Of a DNA stretch of 64,000 nt, positions 36,362-47,989 are shown piece by piece. Every line of letters begins with the position of its first letter. Position 1 is the stretch's first letter. Where the stretch lies: NCBI GenBank assembly GCA_964016885.1, contig OZ024741.1, positions 77,872,001 through 77,936,000 on the forward strand. Reading direction: 5' to 3'. A model generated the notes under the pieces. It did no database searches. It was not told the DNA's origin and was given only the letters and a program-made list of their open reading frames with translations. This DNA is from Eledone cirrhosa (taxonomy: Eukaryota). A program made the translations under genes and the position numbers.

Positions 36362-38153
36362 TGTGGTTAGAAAAAGCTATCTCACTTACCGCTTTTCACA
36401 GGCGCCGCTAAATTCCACTGCAGGTACTCCTCTTCCACGTGCGTCCAACTGCTTGATACCGGGAGCTGCCCAAAACTTGCGTCCACACCGTGTGCTGGTC
36501 ACCACTAGAGAGAGGCCCTCTGCTGGCCCTTCCGGTCGAGCATCCTTCCGGCCCAAAAGCCCTTCCGGTTGAGCATTCCCCCGCCTCCGGCCACCGCACG
36601 CCACACACCCTTCCGGTCGAGCATTCCCCCGCCTCCGGCCACCGCACGCCACACCATACCCACATTAAGAATAAATAAAAATAAATAAAAATATTGTTAA
36701 AATTTAATTAAAAATAGGAATATTACAAAAAGAAGTATTTAAAATATATTAAGATGTATTAATAATATATGGTTTTAGATGGGTATGTTATGTTATAGAT
36801 TATAAATTATTTAAATGTATAGTATTTTACATTGGAAAAAAAAACTTAGTATTGTTTATTTAATTAAAGTAAGTTTGGCAAAATTATATTTAGCCAGGAT
36901 TTGTTAATAGTTGTAAGTCCAATCTTAAACACCTAAATAATTCCAAAGATTACGAAAAATTACGATAGTTTACAAAGGAATAAGTACTTAATTAGAAGTA
37001 TAAACTAAAACCATTTAAAAATTCAGACTATAAATTAAGACTATAAAAAATGAGATTATAAAAACAATAAGGAAGTTTAAAGGAAGTTAAAAGGGATTTT
37101 TTTAAAAATTAAAATGACTCCAAGGATACATAAAAATCTCTTTAAAAAGTTATAAGAAGTTATAAAAAGTTATAAAAATTCATCTTAAAGTATAATTAAA
37201 ACATAAACCATACATTATTCCACATATATATAAATATTTGGAAATATATGAAAATACATAAATATTAAAAATGTTTAAAATATTGGAAGATATAAAAATA
37301 TTGGAAGATATGAAAATAATGGTTTTTCCGTATCTTTCAAAAGGATCTTTCAAAAAATTTTTACCAAAAGCCTTTAAAAAAAGCCTTTAAAAAATTCTCA
37401 AAAACCTTCAGAAAGTCTTTCAAAGGAAATTTTTAGAATTTTAAAAACCTTTTCCTAAAAGAATTTCAAGTAGTCATACAAAAAGGATATGATATATTTT
37501 TGGAGGTAGGATTGATAAGTATAATAATACAAAGTATATTTATGAAGTAGAAATATTAGAAAGTAAAGGTTTTAAGGAGTAAATTAAAAATTTAATAAGT
37601 GTATTTTATATATTTAGGAAGTTATTAAGGTTAGAATTATATTAAATTCTTGAATCATATATAGATGTAATCTGAGGGATGAGATTATAGGTGTTTGGAT
37701 ATAGAAAACATTATGTAAGGAAGATTAACCATATATTACATTTTATATATATATCTAAAAGTTGAATTTAAACGATGTTTACAAGAACTAAATAAATTAT
37801 TACGCAAATTAATAGAGTTCTTACATTTTAGTATAAATAATATTTATTTATATCAATAAAATATTATTTCCACTATCCAGCGAACCTCAACCGTTAAGGT
37901 TGTCTTTATGCGGGTATGTCAATATTTATTTATAAAACAAATTTGTATTTTATCTGATGGAAGCGCATCATAATCTGCCTTGGTTGCCCTTGAAATATAT
38001 ATAATAAAATAATTATGGTTTTATAAATATAGTTTCCATTTATTAATATATTGAATATTTACTCCACTACTTTGTTGAGTGCTTTATATCAGTTATAACA
38101 TTTTTAAGCTTGTTGAATCCCAACAAATTAAATATAACCTCTGCATATATATA

Positions 38154-38350
38154 TATCGCCGTATTTTGACTAAAGAAATTAAAGAAATTATTTAGCCTGA
38201 TAGTAGGGTGTTAAGAACCCTCGGAGAAATGGAAAAAAGATGAGTATTGACGTACGTCAATACTCATCTTTTTCCATTTCTCTGAGGGTTCTTAACCCCA
38301 CTATCAGGCTAAATAATTTCTTTAATTTCTTTAGTCAAAATACGGCGATA
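38154..38350. repeat. Spacerless palindrome of about 197 bp
   Basis: Centre GACGT|ACGTC at 38253/38254; the arms are near-perfect reverse complements. Confidence 0.95.
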
Positions 38351-38401
38351 GCTTATATTTATAATAATTTCAAACACGCTCGCTGTTTCGAAAATATTCT
38401 T

Positions 38402-38485
<84 letters not shown>

Positions 38486-39131
38486 CAGTATATATATATA
38501 TATATATGATTTTCCGTTATTTTGTAGATGAATGAGTATGTTTCATCTTTCTGAATATATATCATGTAACGAATAACTGCTCTATTGGTTATAGTTTTGT
38601 AGTAAGCAATGGCACTACCATATCAGAATGATTGGGTTGTGCTTGGTCACTTGCCAGACCTCTAAGTTGGCGGCGTAGGAATACAAAGCAGTAACTTCCG
38701 CCCAGCAAGGGAATTCGCGCCTCTTTTGACTTCTACCTAACAGTTGCGGCTTCATTTTCGTGGACACAGGACGTTATTAAATTCATTCCCTGGAGCAACT
38801 GACAAGATGTAGAACTTACCAAGAAACTTTCGCCCTCTCGGCAAGGGACCAACAACATTTTTCCTACATATTCGCCAACACATTTTTTTCCCTTCAACTT
38901 ACTTATGTGGCATGCCAGCAACTTTTTACTTTTTTAGTACTCATAATAATAAACCTTTGTAATTGTCTCACTGTGCTCTCCTATTTGATCCTTCCATATG
39001 GATTAAACATAAACATGCAGCCTTTAACTACATCTTCATTAAGGATCCTTCTCGCAACCAAAAATCTTATTTTAAAGATGTTTTCTGCTAAAGTTTCAAA
39101 TATATTATTTCTTTCTCTTTTTAATGAGGTA

Positions 39132-39516
39132 AAAAATGGCACAGTGAAAAAGGCACAGTAAAATGGCACGGTAAAAATAGCACAGTAAAAATGGTACAGT
39201 AAAAATGGCATGGTAAAAATAGCACAGTAAAAATGGCATGGTAAAAATGGCACAGTAAAAAATGGCATGGTAAAAATAGCACAGTAAAAATGGCACAGTA
39301 AAAATGGCATGGTAAAAATGGCACAGTAAAAATGGCACAGTAAAAAATGGCATGGTAAAAATAGCACAGTAAAAATGGCACAGTAAAAATGGCATGGTAA
39401 AAATGGCACAGTAAAAATGGCACAGTAAAAAATGGCATGGTAAAAATAGCACAGTAAAAATGGCACAGTAAAAATGGCAGGGTAAAAATGGCACAGTAAA
39501 AATGGCATGGTAAAAA
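39132..39516. repeat. 14-15-bp minisatellite (AAAAATGGCACAGT / AAAAATGGCATGGT / AAAAATAGCACAGT)
   Basis: About 27 tandem units; explains the low-complexity ORFs here. Confidence 0.95.
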
Positions 39517-39532
39517 ACGATGATGATGGTGA

Positions 39533-39590
<58 letters not shown>

Positions 39591-39802
39591 ATATATAAAT
39601 CAGGATGGATTCAGTTAGAAACTGGTTAAATCATTATTTACCAATTTACCAGAGTACTCGATACTTGGGGTAGTAGAGTATGGTTATATGAAAGAGTCGG
39701 GACCCCGACGGCTGAGCTCTTGCCATTTCAACAGGTAGTTCCAGTCAGAAACTAGCTGTTGAAATGACAAGAGCTCAACTGTCGGGGTCCCGACTCTTTT
39801 AT

Positions 39803-39842
<40 letters not shown>

Positions 39843-39880
39843 TCATCATCGTTACCATCACCATCACCATGATCATTTAA

Positions 39881-40098
39881 CCCTTTAACATTTACATTAC
39901 ACTTTATATGCTATTGTATTTTCACTGTAAACACTTTAGCTCATAATTATCCCACATAATATCGAATATATGAGATTTTGATATAACTTATTTTCAGAAC
40001 AATACCTAACATCAGTATGAGTGGCCGGTTACAGCCAGTTTGAACAGAAATAGGTGAGAGCATTCTGGTCGGATGTGGCCGGTTTAAATGCTAAAGGG
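39881..40098. mobile_element. piggyBac-type MITE
   Basis: TTAA|CCCTTTAACATTTA ... TAAATGCTAAAGGG|TTAA, inserted in a SINE tail. Confidence 0.75.
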
Positions 40099-41146
40099 TT
40101 AATGTCCACTTTCCGTACTAGTAAGTGTTGAATTTGCCTTCACAGACCAAGTCTATACTGAAGTGGGGCCACTGATTTCCCAGGCAAGCTGGGGGGTTTG
40201 CATCTCGCTTACAAACAGCTTAAAATTCTACCAAGTGCATCTTATCGTGGCACCAGTACCAGAGAGGCTGTTATGTCTCTGACCCATCTGGTGGGTCCTT
40301 CCAACGTTTTGTTTGGCAAGCTTTCTATGGCTGGATGCCCTTCCTATCACTAATCACTTTACAGCATGTACTGGGTGTGATTATCACCAACACTACAGAG
40401 GTTTTTGTGTCACTGACACAACTGATGGGTCCTCTCAACCTTTTTAGGCATGGTTTCTACAGCGAGGGGCCCTTTCTGTCGCCAGCTATCCTTATGGGGT
40501 GTACCGGGTGCATTTTCAAGGCACTGTCACTAGAAAAATTGTTGGTCATAGTCCCAACTGAAGAGCGATCACTGCTTTGGAGAGGGAGACAGGTATGACG
40601 TTAAAGGTGTATGTGATAATTAAGGGGAAGATGTGGTTGATAGTGTATGGAGGGAGGGGATGTGGTTGATAGTGTATGAAGAGGGGTGATGTGGTTGATA
40701 GAGTGCAGTGGTTAGAGATAGGTAAGGGTGGTGTTGTAGAGCGATGCACAAGGGGTAGAGAGAATAGTTACTAGGGTGTAATAGTGAGGATATCTAAAGG
40801 CTTAAGAGGAGAGGAGTAGTTCTGGAGGCAGCTTGGATGGTGGGTGCAGTAATGGTGAAGATAGCTGCTGGGAAATGCTAGTGGAAGGTGAGGCGAAAAC
40901 ATGGTCAAATTCTATGCATGTGGCTTTTATCTGCTATCGTCTATATTCATCACATGTCCATACCATCACAGTCTTCTCTCTTGCACTACATCCAATTCTT
41001 CTTATGCTGAGTTTTTCTCAGTTCACTTATGCTACGTCATTCATGCAAAATAACATTACACATTCATTTTTTTTCTAGTCTAAATAAAATTTCATTATGT
41101 AGCTGTTGTCTACTTAAAACGGGCTGTAAAAAACTATTATTATGGA

Positions 41147-41510
41147 TTGGCAGTATCGGTAGAGAGTCGGACGCCATGCTTTCCAGCATAGTTACGTCCC
41201 TTTACGATCTGAGTTCAAATCCCGCCGAGGTTGACTTTGCCTTTCATCCTTACGGGGTCGATAAAATAAAGTACCAGTAATGCACTGGATAATTGCTGGC
41301 CTTGTGCCTAAAGTAGAAACAATTATGGATTGGCAGTATCGGTAGAGAGTCGGACGCCATGCTTTGACGCATAGAGTTACGGTCCTTGCCATTCTGAGTT
41401 CAAATCCCGCCGAGGTTTACTTTGCCTTTCATCCTTATGGGGTCGATAAAATAAAGTACCAGTAATACACTGGATAATTGCTGGCCTTGTGCCAAAAGTA
41501 GAAACAATTA
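41147..41510 (+). mobile_element. Tandem dimer of the OR-like SINE
   Basis: Two head-to-tail copies of about 183 bp. Further partial copies at about 31775, 43400, 44000 and 52033. Confidence 0.85.
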
Positions 41511-41789
41511 TATATATATATGTATTTTTTTTTTTTTCCTGATAATCGTAAATCTCCCTGTTCAAAATTTATAATTCCGAAAAAATCGCCGGGAAAAAAA
41601 TTTGACATTTTACGTGGGGCTATTGAATCCCAAACTCCACTTTAAAATTTTTATTCTATTCATTTTACTTATTTTACTACCCCATTGCATAATAAGGCTC
41701 AATTGGCCTTGGAGTGAATCGAACTCACAACTTACATATAACTAAAATACCGCTACCAGATAAGTTTCGCGAGGAGCACTGGGAAAACT

Positions 41790-42298
41790 CTAATAATTTT
41801 TTTAGGCAACCCAGCACGCTCGCAGCGTTACCTCGGGTGATGGCGAGGTTGATGCGCTGGAAGAACCAAGCGTCCTCACGAGCATCACCAGTTACCTCGA
41901 TTAGGCGAGCCGCCAGTGAAGATGAGAACCTCGCAGTTAGCGGCCCGACTCCTCCAAACGTCACAGGCTAGAAAATGTAGTTAACCGACAGATCACGGTA
42001 TTTTAGGATTTTGTAGCGTTCATCTGCGAAAGTTGTAGCTCTCGCCCTTACCACTGCATCCAGAATGTGGGAAGAAGCAAAAAAGTCACTGCGACATTCC
42101 AGATAAGACACCTGCCTCTAAACCTGGGGCACAGGGTAAGGCGGGCAGGTCGTTTCCCATCAATTATGGACAACCCAGACAGTTCAAAAATTGAAGTGAT
42201 GTTTGCCTGGGCCAAAGCTCTCTTGATGGCGAGGTTTAGCTCCCTGTGATGCGTGAAGCTACCGGCATTCAGGCGACAAGATAGACCGTGGAGACCTC
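41790..42298 (-). mobile_element. CRE-like RLE non-LTR fragment
   Basis: HGLSCRLNAG..SRH.ELN and VTGDAREDAWFFQRINLAITRGNAASVLG motifs; related to 49350-49850. Confidence 0.8.
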
Positions 42299-44189
42299 CA
42301 AATATTTACGAAATAAATAATACCTACATATTTATTTAGCGCATTCTGAATAATATTTTATAATACACTATCATAATATAGATATATATCCACAGTGATA
42401 TTTAAAGGAGTTGGTTTATATAATTAAATGTAAACACTTTAAAATTAACAGCTTTTTAAAATAAAGAATGGTGTGCTCATGAGCGGAGAAGCTTTGATCA
42501 TGTAGTTTTGTGCATTATATTTGTGAGGTTCCTAGCAATAATTAATTGTATTTATTATATGTGTTTATATTCTCATTCTGAAAAAATTATAAACAATCTG
42601 TAGTTTGAATAAAATATTAGAAAACTGCTTATAAAATCGGGTGAAGACTCTTAAAGACGGGAAAAAGAAGTTGTCATCAGCCGCTAACAACAATCGATAG
42701 TCCATACCATCGCTTCTCCAATGTTACGAACCCGGACAGTGTGGGAGAACTGTCTTTGGCGTGCAAAAACCCTGGGCACAAGTCGCATCTAGGTCTTAGC
42801 GAACAGAATGGAGACAGCGAGGGAGATGCGATGAAATAGCTATTGCAGCTCGCGGGGCTCACTTCGTAACAATGAGTAGAGAGGTGGTATTTTGATCAAG
42901 AACGCCAGAATAGAAAATCATATGGCGGAACTTCTATACATATTGCTCCTATCATTTTCGAGGGTGCAGATGTTCATAATTTTCTGACTAAAATGTGTAT
43001 ATATGCCAGTCAATATTATAACATCTTTATTCATTATTGTATTATACATATTTTATTATGTTTTGTGTAATTAAAATAAACGGGCCAAGTATATACAATA
43101 TTAGAATCATTTACATAAGCGTTTGTGCATAGAATAATAATAATAAAAAAAAAGAAGCCAGGTGTACTGTTTTTTTTTTTATTCTTCTATGCACAAACTA
43201 TGTATATATAAACGTTATATAAATCCGTAGAGCAAATATTTATTATTAGCACAGATTAAAAGTTTAAGCAAACAATTTCTGCTTTCACCCTCATATAAAG
43301 ATACATACGTGCTTCGCGTAGAGAACAATATTTGAATTTTGAATATTATATATCAATAATTTATTGTCAGTTAAAAATATGGCATTTATTTTATATAATT
43401 GTTTCTACTTTTGGCACAAGGCCAGCAATTACCCAGTGCATTACTGGTACTTTATTTTATCGACCCCGTAAGGATGAAAGGCAAAGTTAACCTTATTTAT
43501 TTTATTTTATATAATAATAATCAAACTTACCTTAAATAACCTCTTACATTTGCATTCATCCACAAATGTTGGGAATATGTATAGTCAATTAATCAATGCT
43601 GTTATAAAACCGGTATTTGTTTAATTGAATCCATTGGGAATGAAAGGTACAATGCACTAAATGAGGATTGAACTCCAGACCCACAGAGGGAAATTTTACT
43701 TTATACGTTTCTGAAACTAAATTTCTCTAAGATTTAAAATTGCTATAAATCAAAATAAAACTCCAATATTTTAACAAATTCCAACTGATGACCACTGAAG
43801 TTTTCACTCGTCCAGCAAAATCGTTCCTCCGTGTGGTATCAATACGGAAAAACAAACAAGGTTTATACATCGACATATAAATCTGATTTTATCAACGGCA
43901 ACATAAGGTATCCACCATGCACGAAGATAACTTAACAACAATTTTTATTTCAAAATGAGTCGCGTTCAGCGTTCTTGCATGCCTTGATGTTGTTGGTGGA
44001 TTGGCAGTATCTGTAGAGCGTTGGACAACATGCTTTGCGGCATGTAGTTACGTCTCTTTACATTCTGGGTTCAAATCCCGCTGAGGTTAGCTTTGCCTTT
44101 CATCCTTATGAGGTGGATAAACTAAAGTACCAGTAACGCACTGGTGTCGATTTAATCGAAAAAGAAGCGGTCGGATCGAGACGAACGCG

Positions 44190-44737
44190 TGCTGAATGAT
44201 TCCAGGCAGATGTGTTCAGCTTTCCGCCAACACTTTGCTCGACTGTTCGTGGGGGGGGGGGGATGATGCTGAGTGCTACGAAAGACTGATAACATCAGCC
44301 GAGATTCGGGATGCCCTGGTCAGTTCCACGAGGCGCAAATCACACGATTTAGATGGTCTGCCTTACGAGTTTTATGCTCTTCTCGAAGCGGTCTACTGCA
44401 ACTGACAGCTGAACAGGAGTGTAGTGGATAAATGATATTCTTTGATGGGTGTTTGTTGAAAAGAATAATGCCATGATTGAGTTGTTAAAGTTTATTTTAT
44501 AACAACAATATTCACTTTGAACATCGAGTAATAATATTTATGACATGAATTATCCCTACATTATTTAGCTGACTAGCTTCTACGAGCTAACGTAAATGCA
44601 TGTATAACAGAAAACGATATAGTAAAAGTCGTGTTGTATCTTACAGATACAATATGACAGGAAGAATAGAATGAGCGTAGAATGCAAGCAATATAAACTT
44701 ACTGTATGTGTGTGTATTCTTAGTATACGTTATTGTC

Positions 44738-44811
<74 letters not shown>

Positions 44812-46375
44812 GGTGGTGGTCAGTCTGCTAGGCAGGCATGGCTGTGTCTGTGGCCGATAAGGTGAGACCCAGTAAGGGTTAGGAGAGAGAAACGGTAAAA
44901 GGTCTGCTGATGCCTACATCGTTATCACTCACTGACTGCTGCTTCGCGTCTGTCTGTGTCTGTGGCCGAGAAGGTGATAACCAGTGAGGCCAGGAGAGAG
45001 ATAGAGTGAAAAGTCTGCTACATCGTTAACCTTAACACGGACTGCTTTCTTCGGTCTTTCTGGTTTTTAGATTCCTTAACTCCTTGTATTTATAATAGTG
45101 CTATAGTTAGAAGGATGTGTATATGAGGTTGATTTATAATCAGCCATGTGGATATCGTCTTCCAAGAAGCTGGGATCAGAGGTCAAGTGGTATGTACCTT
45201 TATCATCGTTGACTTGACAGGACAATGGTGGGAAATTCCCTATAATGGGTGGTCTCAGATGCGAGAACTCTTAGATTCAGTTTCGAATCTTCGCCGGTAA
45301 AATATAGGAGTATTTCGTTATAGGAGTATTCCCAGTTCTGTGAGCCGATGAGTAATGACGAGAACGAGCGGGATATGTTAACGATTTCAGGCCCATAACT
45401 CTGTTAAACACAGAGTTTAAGATTTTGGTTAAGGTGTTAGCAAGGAGGTTGGCGTTTGTCGTCGAGGGTTTGGTAGGGGAGACGCAAACTTGCGCAATCC
45501 TGACCAGGTCCATACACGACAACCTCCACATGATGCGATACATAATAGAGGGTAGGGTGTAAAGCTGGTTTCGGTGGGGCTATGATCATTTTAGATCAAT
45601 CGCAAGCTTTCGATAGGGTCGACCATCTATAACTGGAGGCTGTCCCCAAGGCAGCTGGCATCTGTCCCATCTTCAAAGGATGGATCGCTGCAATGTACAG
45701 CGACATCTGCTCAGTGGTCAAAGTAAATGGCCACCTTTCGGAACAATTTTTTTTCAGATCTTCCAATCGATCCGTCAAACGTGCCCTCTGCCTTACCTTC
45801 TGTACGTATTGACTCTCGAGCCTTTACTGTGGAAGCTGGAGCTGTTGCAGAGCATCTCACTTGAACCATGATGTAGAAGGCTTGTAAAGGTATATGCGGA
45901 CGACATCATCGTGATGCTTGGCACCATCTTAGAAGAAAACTGAGGCTGGAAAAGTCAGTGGGTTTGCAGCTCGGCACTTGGAAAGGCAAATCCATGTCGT
46001 TCAACAGCGTCGTCGGATGCTGGACGGACGGACTGGTGAAGTTGCTCGGGCTCTGGTTCGGATTGAACCTCCAGGTGGATAATAATTGGGACGAGGTAAT
46101 GAGCAGGATAGCCACTCTCACCCAGAAATGGGTAGAGAGAAAGCTGTCACTGAAAGGTCAGGTGGATGTGGCGAACGCGTACATCGCGTCCGTCATATAC
46201 AACTGCCTGACCATCGTGCCTTACCCCCGTTCGCACCTCACCAAATTAAAATGTCTGCTCTTCACTATTTTGTGGAAGGGTCAGGTTCCATTGGTGAGGC
46301 TGTCCATCTGCTTCCAGCACCCTCTACACGGAGGACTGAGCATGCTGTGGCTAACGATGGGCAAACATGAGTGAG
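44190..46375 (+). mobile_element. Degenerate Tx1/L1-type LINE RT with internal insertions
   Basis: DGLPYEFY, DFRPITLLNTEFKILVKVLARRL, LDQSQAFDRVDH, YADDI and RKLSLKG motifs. Confidence 0.8.
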
Positions 46376-47989
46376 TCGAGAGAAGCTATGTCCTATTTAA
46401 GGGAAGGAAAATTGTACTCACCTGCTGTGGTGAAATGATATTACCTTGGGAAAAATGATTTTCCCATATCACGTCAGAAGCTATATTTTTAGTATGAGTG
46501 CAGATTCAATGGCAGCAGAAATATCAGAAGGCTGTTTAAACGCTTTTACAAAGGATTTCTTACAACCATACAGGATTACAATAAATTGCTACCGGCATGC
46601 CGCATGAGTAAATGAACAAAAATGAAGTGTTGGAAGAAAGAAGTTGGTCCCTTGCCGAATAGGGCTAAAGTGTCTTTTTTTACCGTTATATCTTGCTAGT
46701 ATCGACACGGGTATGTAAATACATCTTGTCTTCTAGAAGTGAATGCAACTGTCTGAAGTCAAACAAAGAGGAGCGAATTTCTTAGTTGGGCGGAAGTAAC
46801 AATATATTCATGCGCGACTTACACGATTGGTCAACCAGGAACCAAATCGGGCATGAAAGATTGTTGTTGCGAGATACGAAATAATGCTGCTAAAGTTATG
46901 GTAAATCGTATGTGGCAAGCTGTGTTATCCAAGAGGCAATGTGCAAGAGAATGTGTTCCTAAGGCCAAATGACAGCGTATTTATAATGATCACTAGTTGC
47001 TTTTACTGTAAAGAGATGGCCTTTAGAAAATGTTCTCCTTTGGTACAATTAGTGCCATGAGTCTTTCCACAAGGGAAATTTATCTATAGTGATGTCTCCG
47101 AGGCTGTAGGTCAATCCTTTGGTGGTCGTAACCACCAGGGAAAGCATCGTGAGAAAACATTGTTTTTGCTACAAATATACATGTGACTAAAAGGGTTGGT
47201 GTCTGGGGTGCTATCCGGCTATGAGACATGTCTTAAAACATATGTTCCAACTTATGCCAGCATGGAAAATAACAGTAGAAAATTTCTTGATGGTGCTTTC
47301 TGTAGGAAGTGCTTACATGATATGACAAACGGGATATTATTTTTTATCTATTGAAAACGTTTTTTTATATATCTAATTTTATTCACTGTTGAATAAAAAA
47401 AAAAAAAAAAAAAGAGATATAATAATACAATGCTTACAGAACGAAAGCACAAACAAATATAATATAAAGGAAAGGGAAAGGAGAAACAGAAAAAAAAGAA
47501 AGGAAAAGAAAAAGAAAAGAAAAAAAACAAAAAAAAACAGGTCACCGGTCAAGTAGTATGTACGTTTATCATCGTTGTCTTGACAGTACAATGGTGGGAA
47601 CCTAGAGGCGAGAAACCTCAGATTCGGTTTCGAATCTTCGCCGTTAAAACATAGGAGTATTCCGTTATACACCCCTTTCGCCTGCCTGTTGTTGTATATT
47701 GTCCCAGGTGTGTTTTTTTTTTTTGTTTTTTTTTTCTTTTCTTTTTCTTTTCCTTCTAGTCCCACCGTTAGAACCAATGCTGCTTACCCTGCCTCTTTTA
47801 CTAGTTCACTCTCTCGATCGAATTCCAACACTGGCCCTCTACCGTCGGTCGCTGCCAGCTCATCATCTGATTGTACTCTCTGTGCCCGCACTAGCTGGTA
47901 CCTAAAAATAATCTAAAAACAATCATATAAAAGAGAAGCACCCATCGGCAACCCCAGATAGTCAGTTACACTGGCCCGAACCACCAGAA

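Larger units (their letters stand above)
32413..36664 (-). mobile_element. Full-length Gypsy-type LTR retrotransposon
   Basis: 303-bp TG...CA LTRs (32413-32715 and 36362-36664, about 7 differences), 5-bp TSD TTAAG, PPT GAGATCAGGGGGCG, and gag-PR-RT-RH-IN order. Confidence 0.97.
31841..38052. mobile_element. Penelope-type pLTR/3' UTR with inverted about 200-bp arms, interrupted by a Gypsy element
   Basis: 31841-32040 is the reverse complement of 37854-38052. The arms resemble the pLTR at 16580-16760. Confidence 0.75.

Noticed and set aside
39132-39516. CRISPR-like array or Cys/His-rich ORFs
   Set aside because: No unique spacers and no cas genes, in a eukaryotic context. The ORFs are translations of a minisatellite.
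42722-42871. Solo LTR with TGTTACGAA/TTCGTAACA termini
   Set aside because: Only about 150 bp and no TSD; insufficient support.
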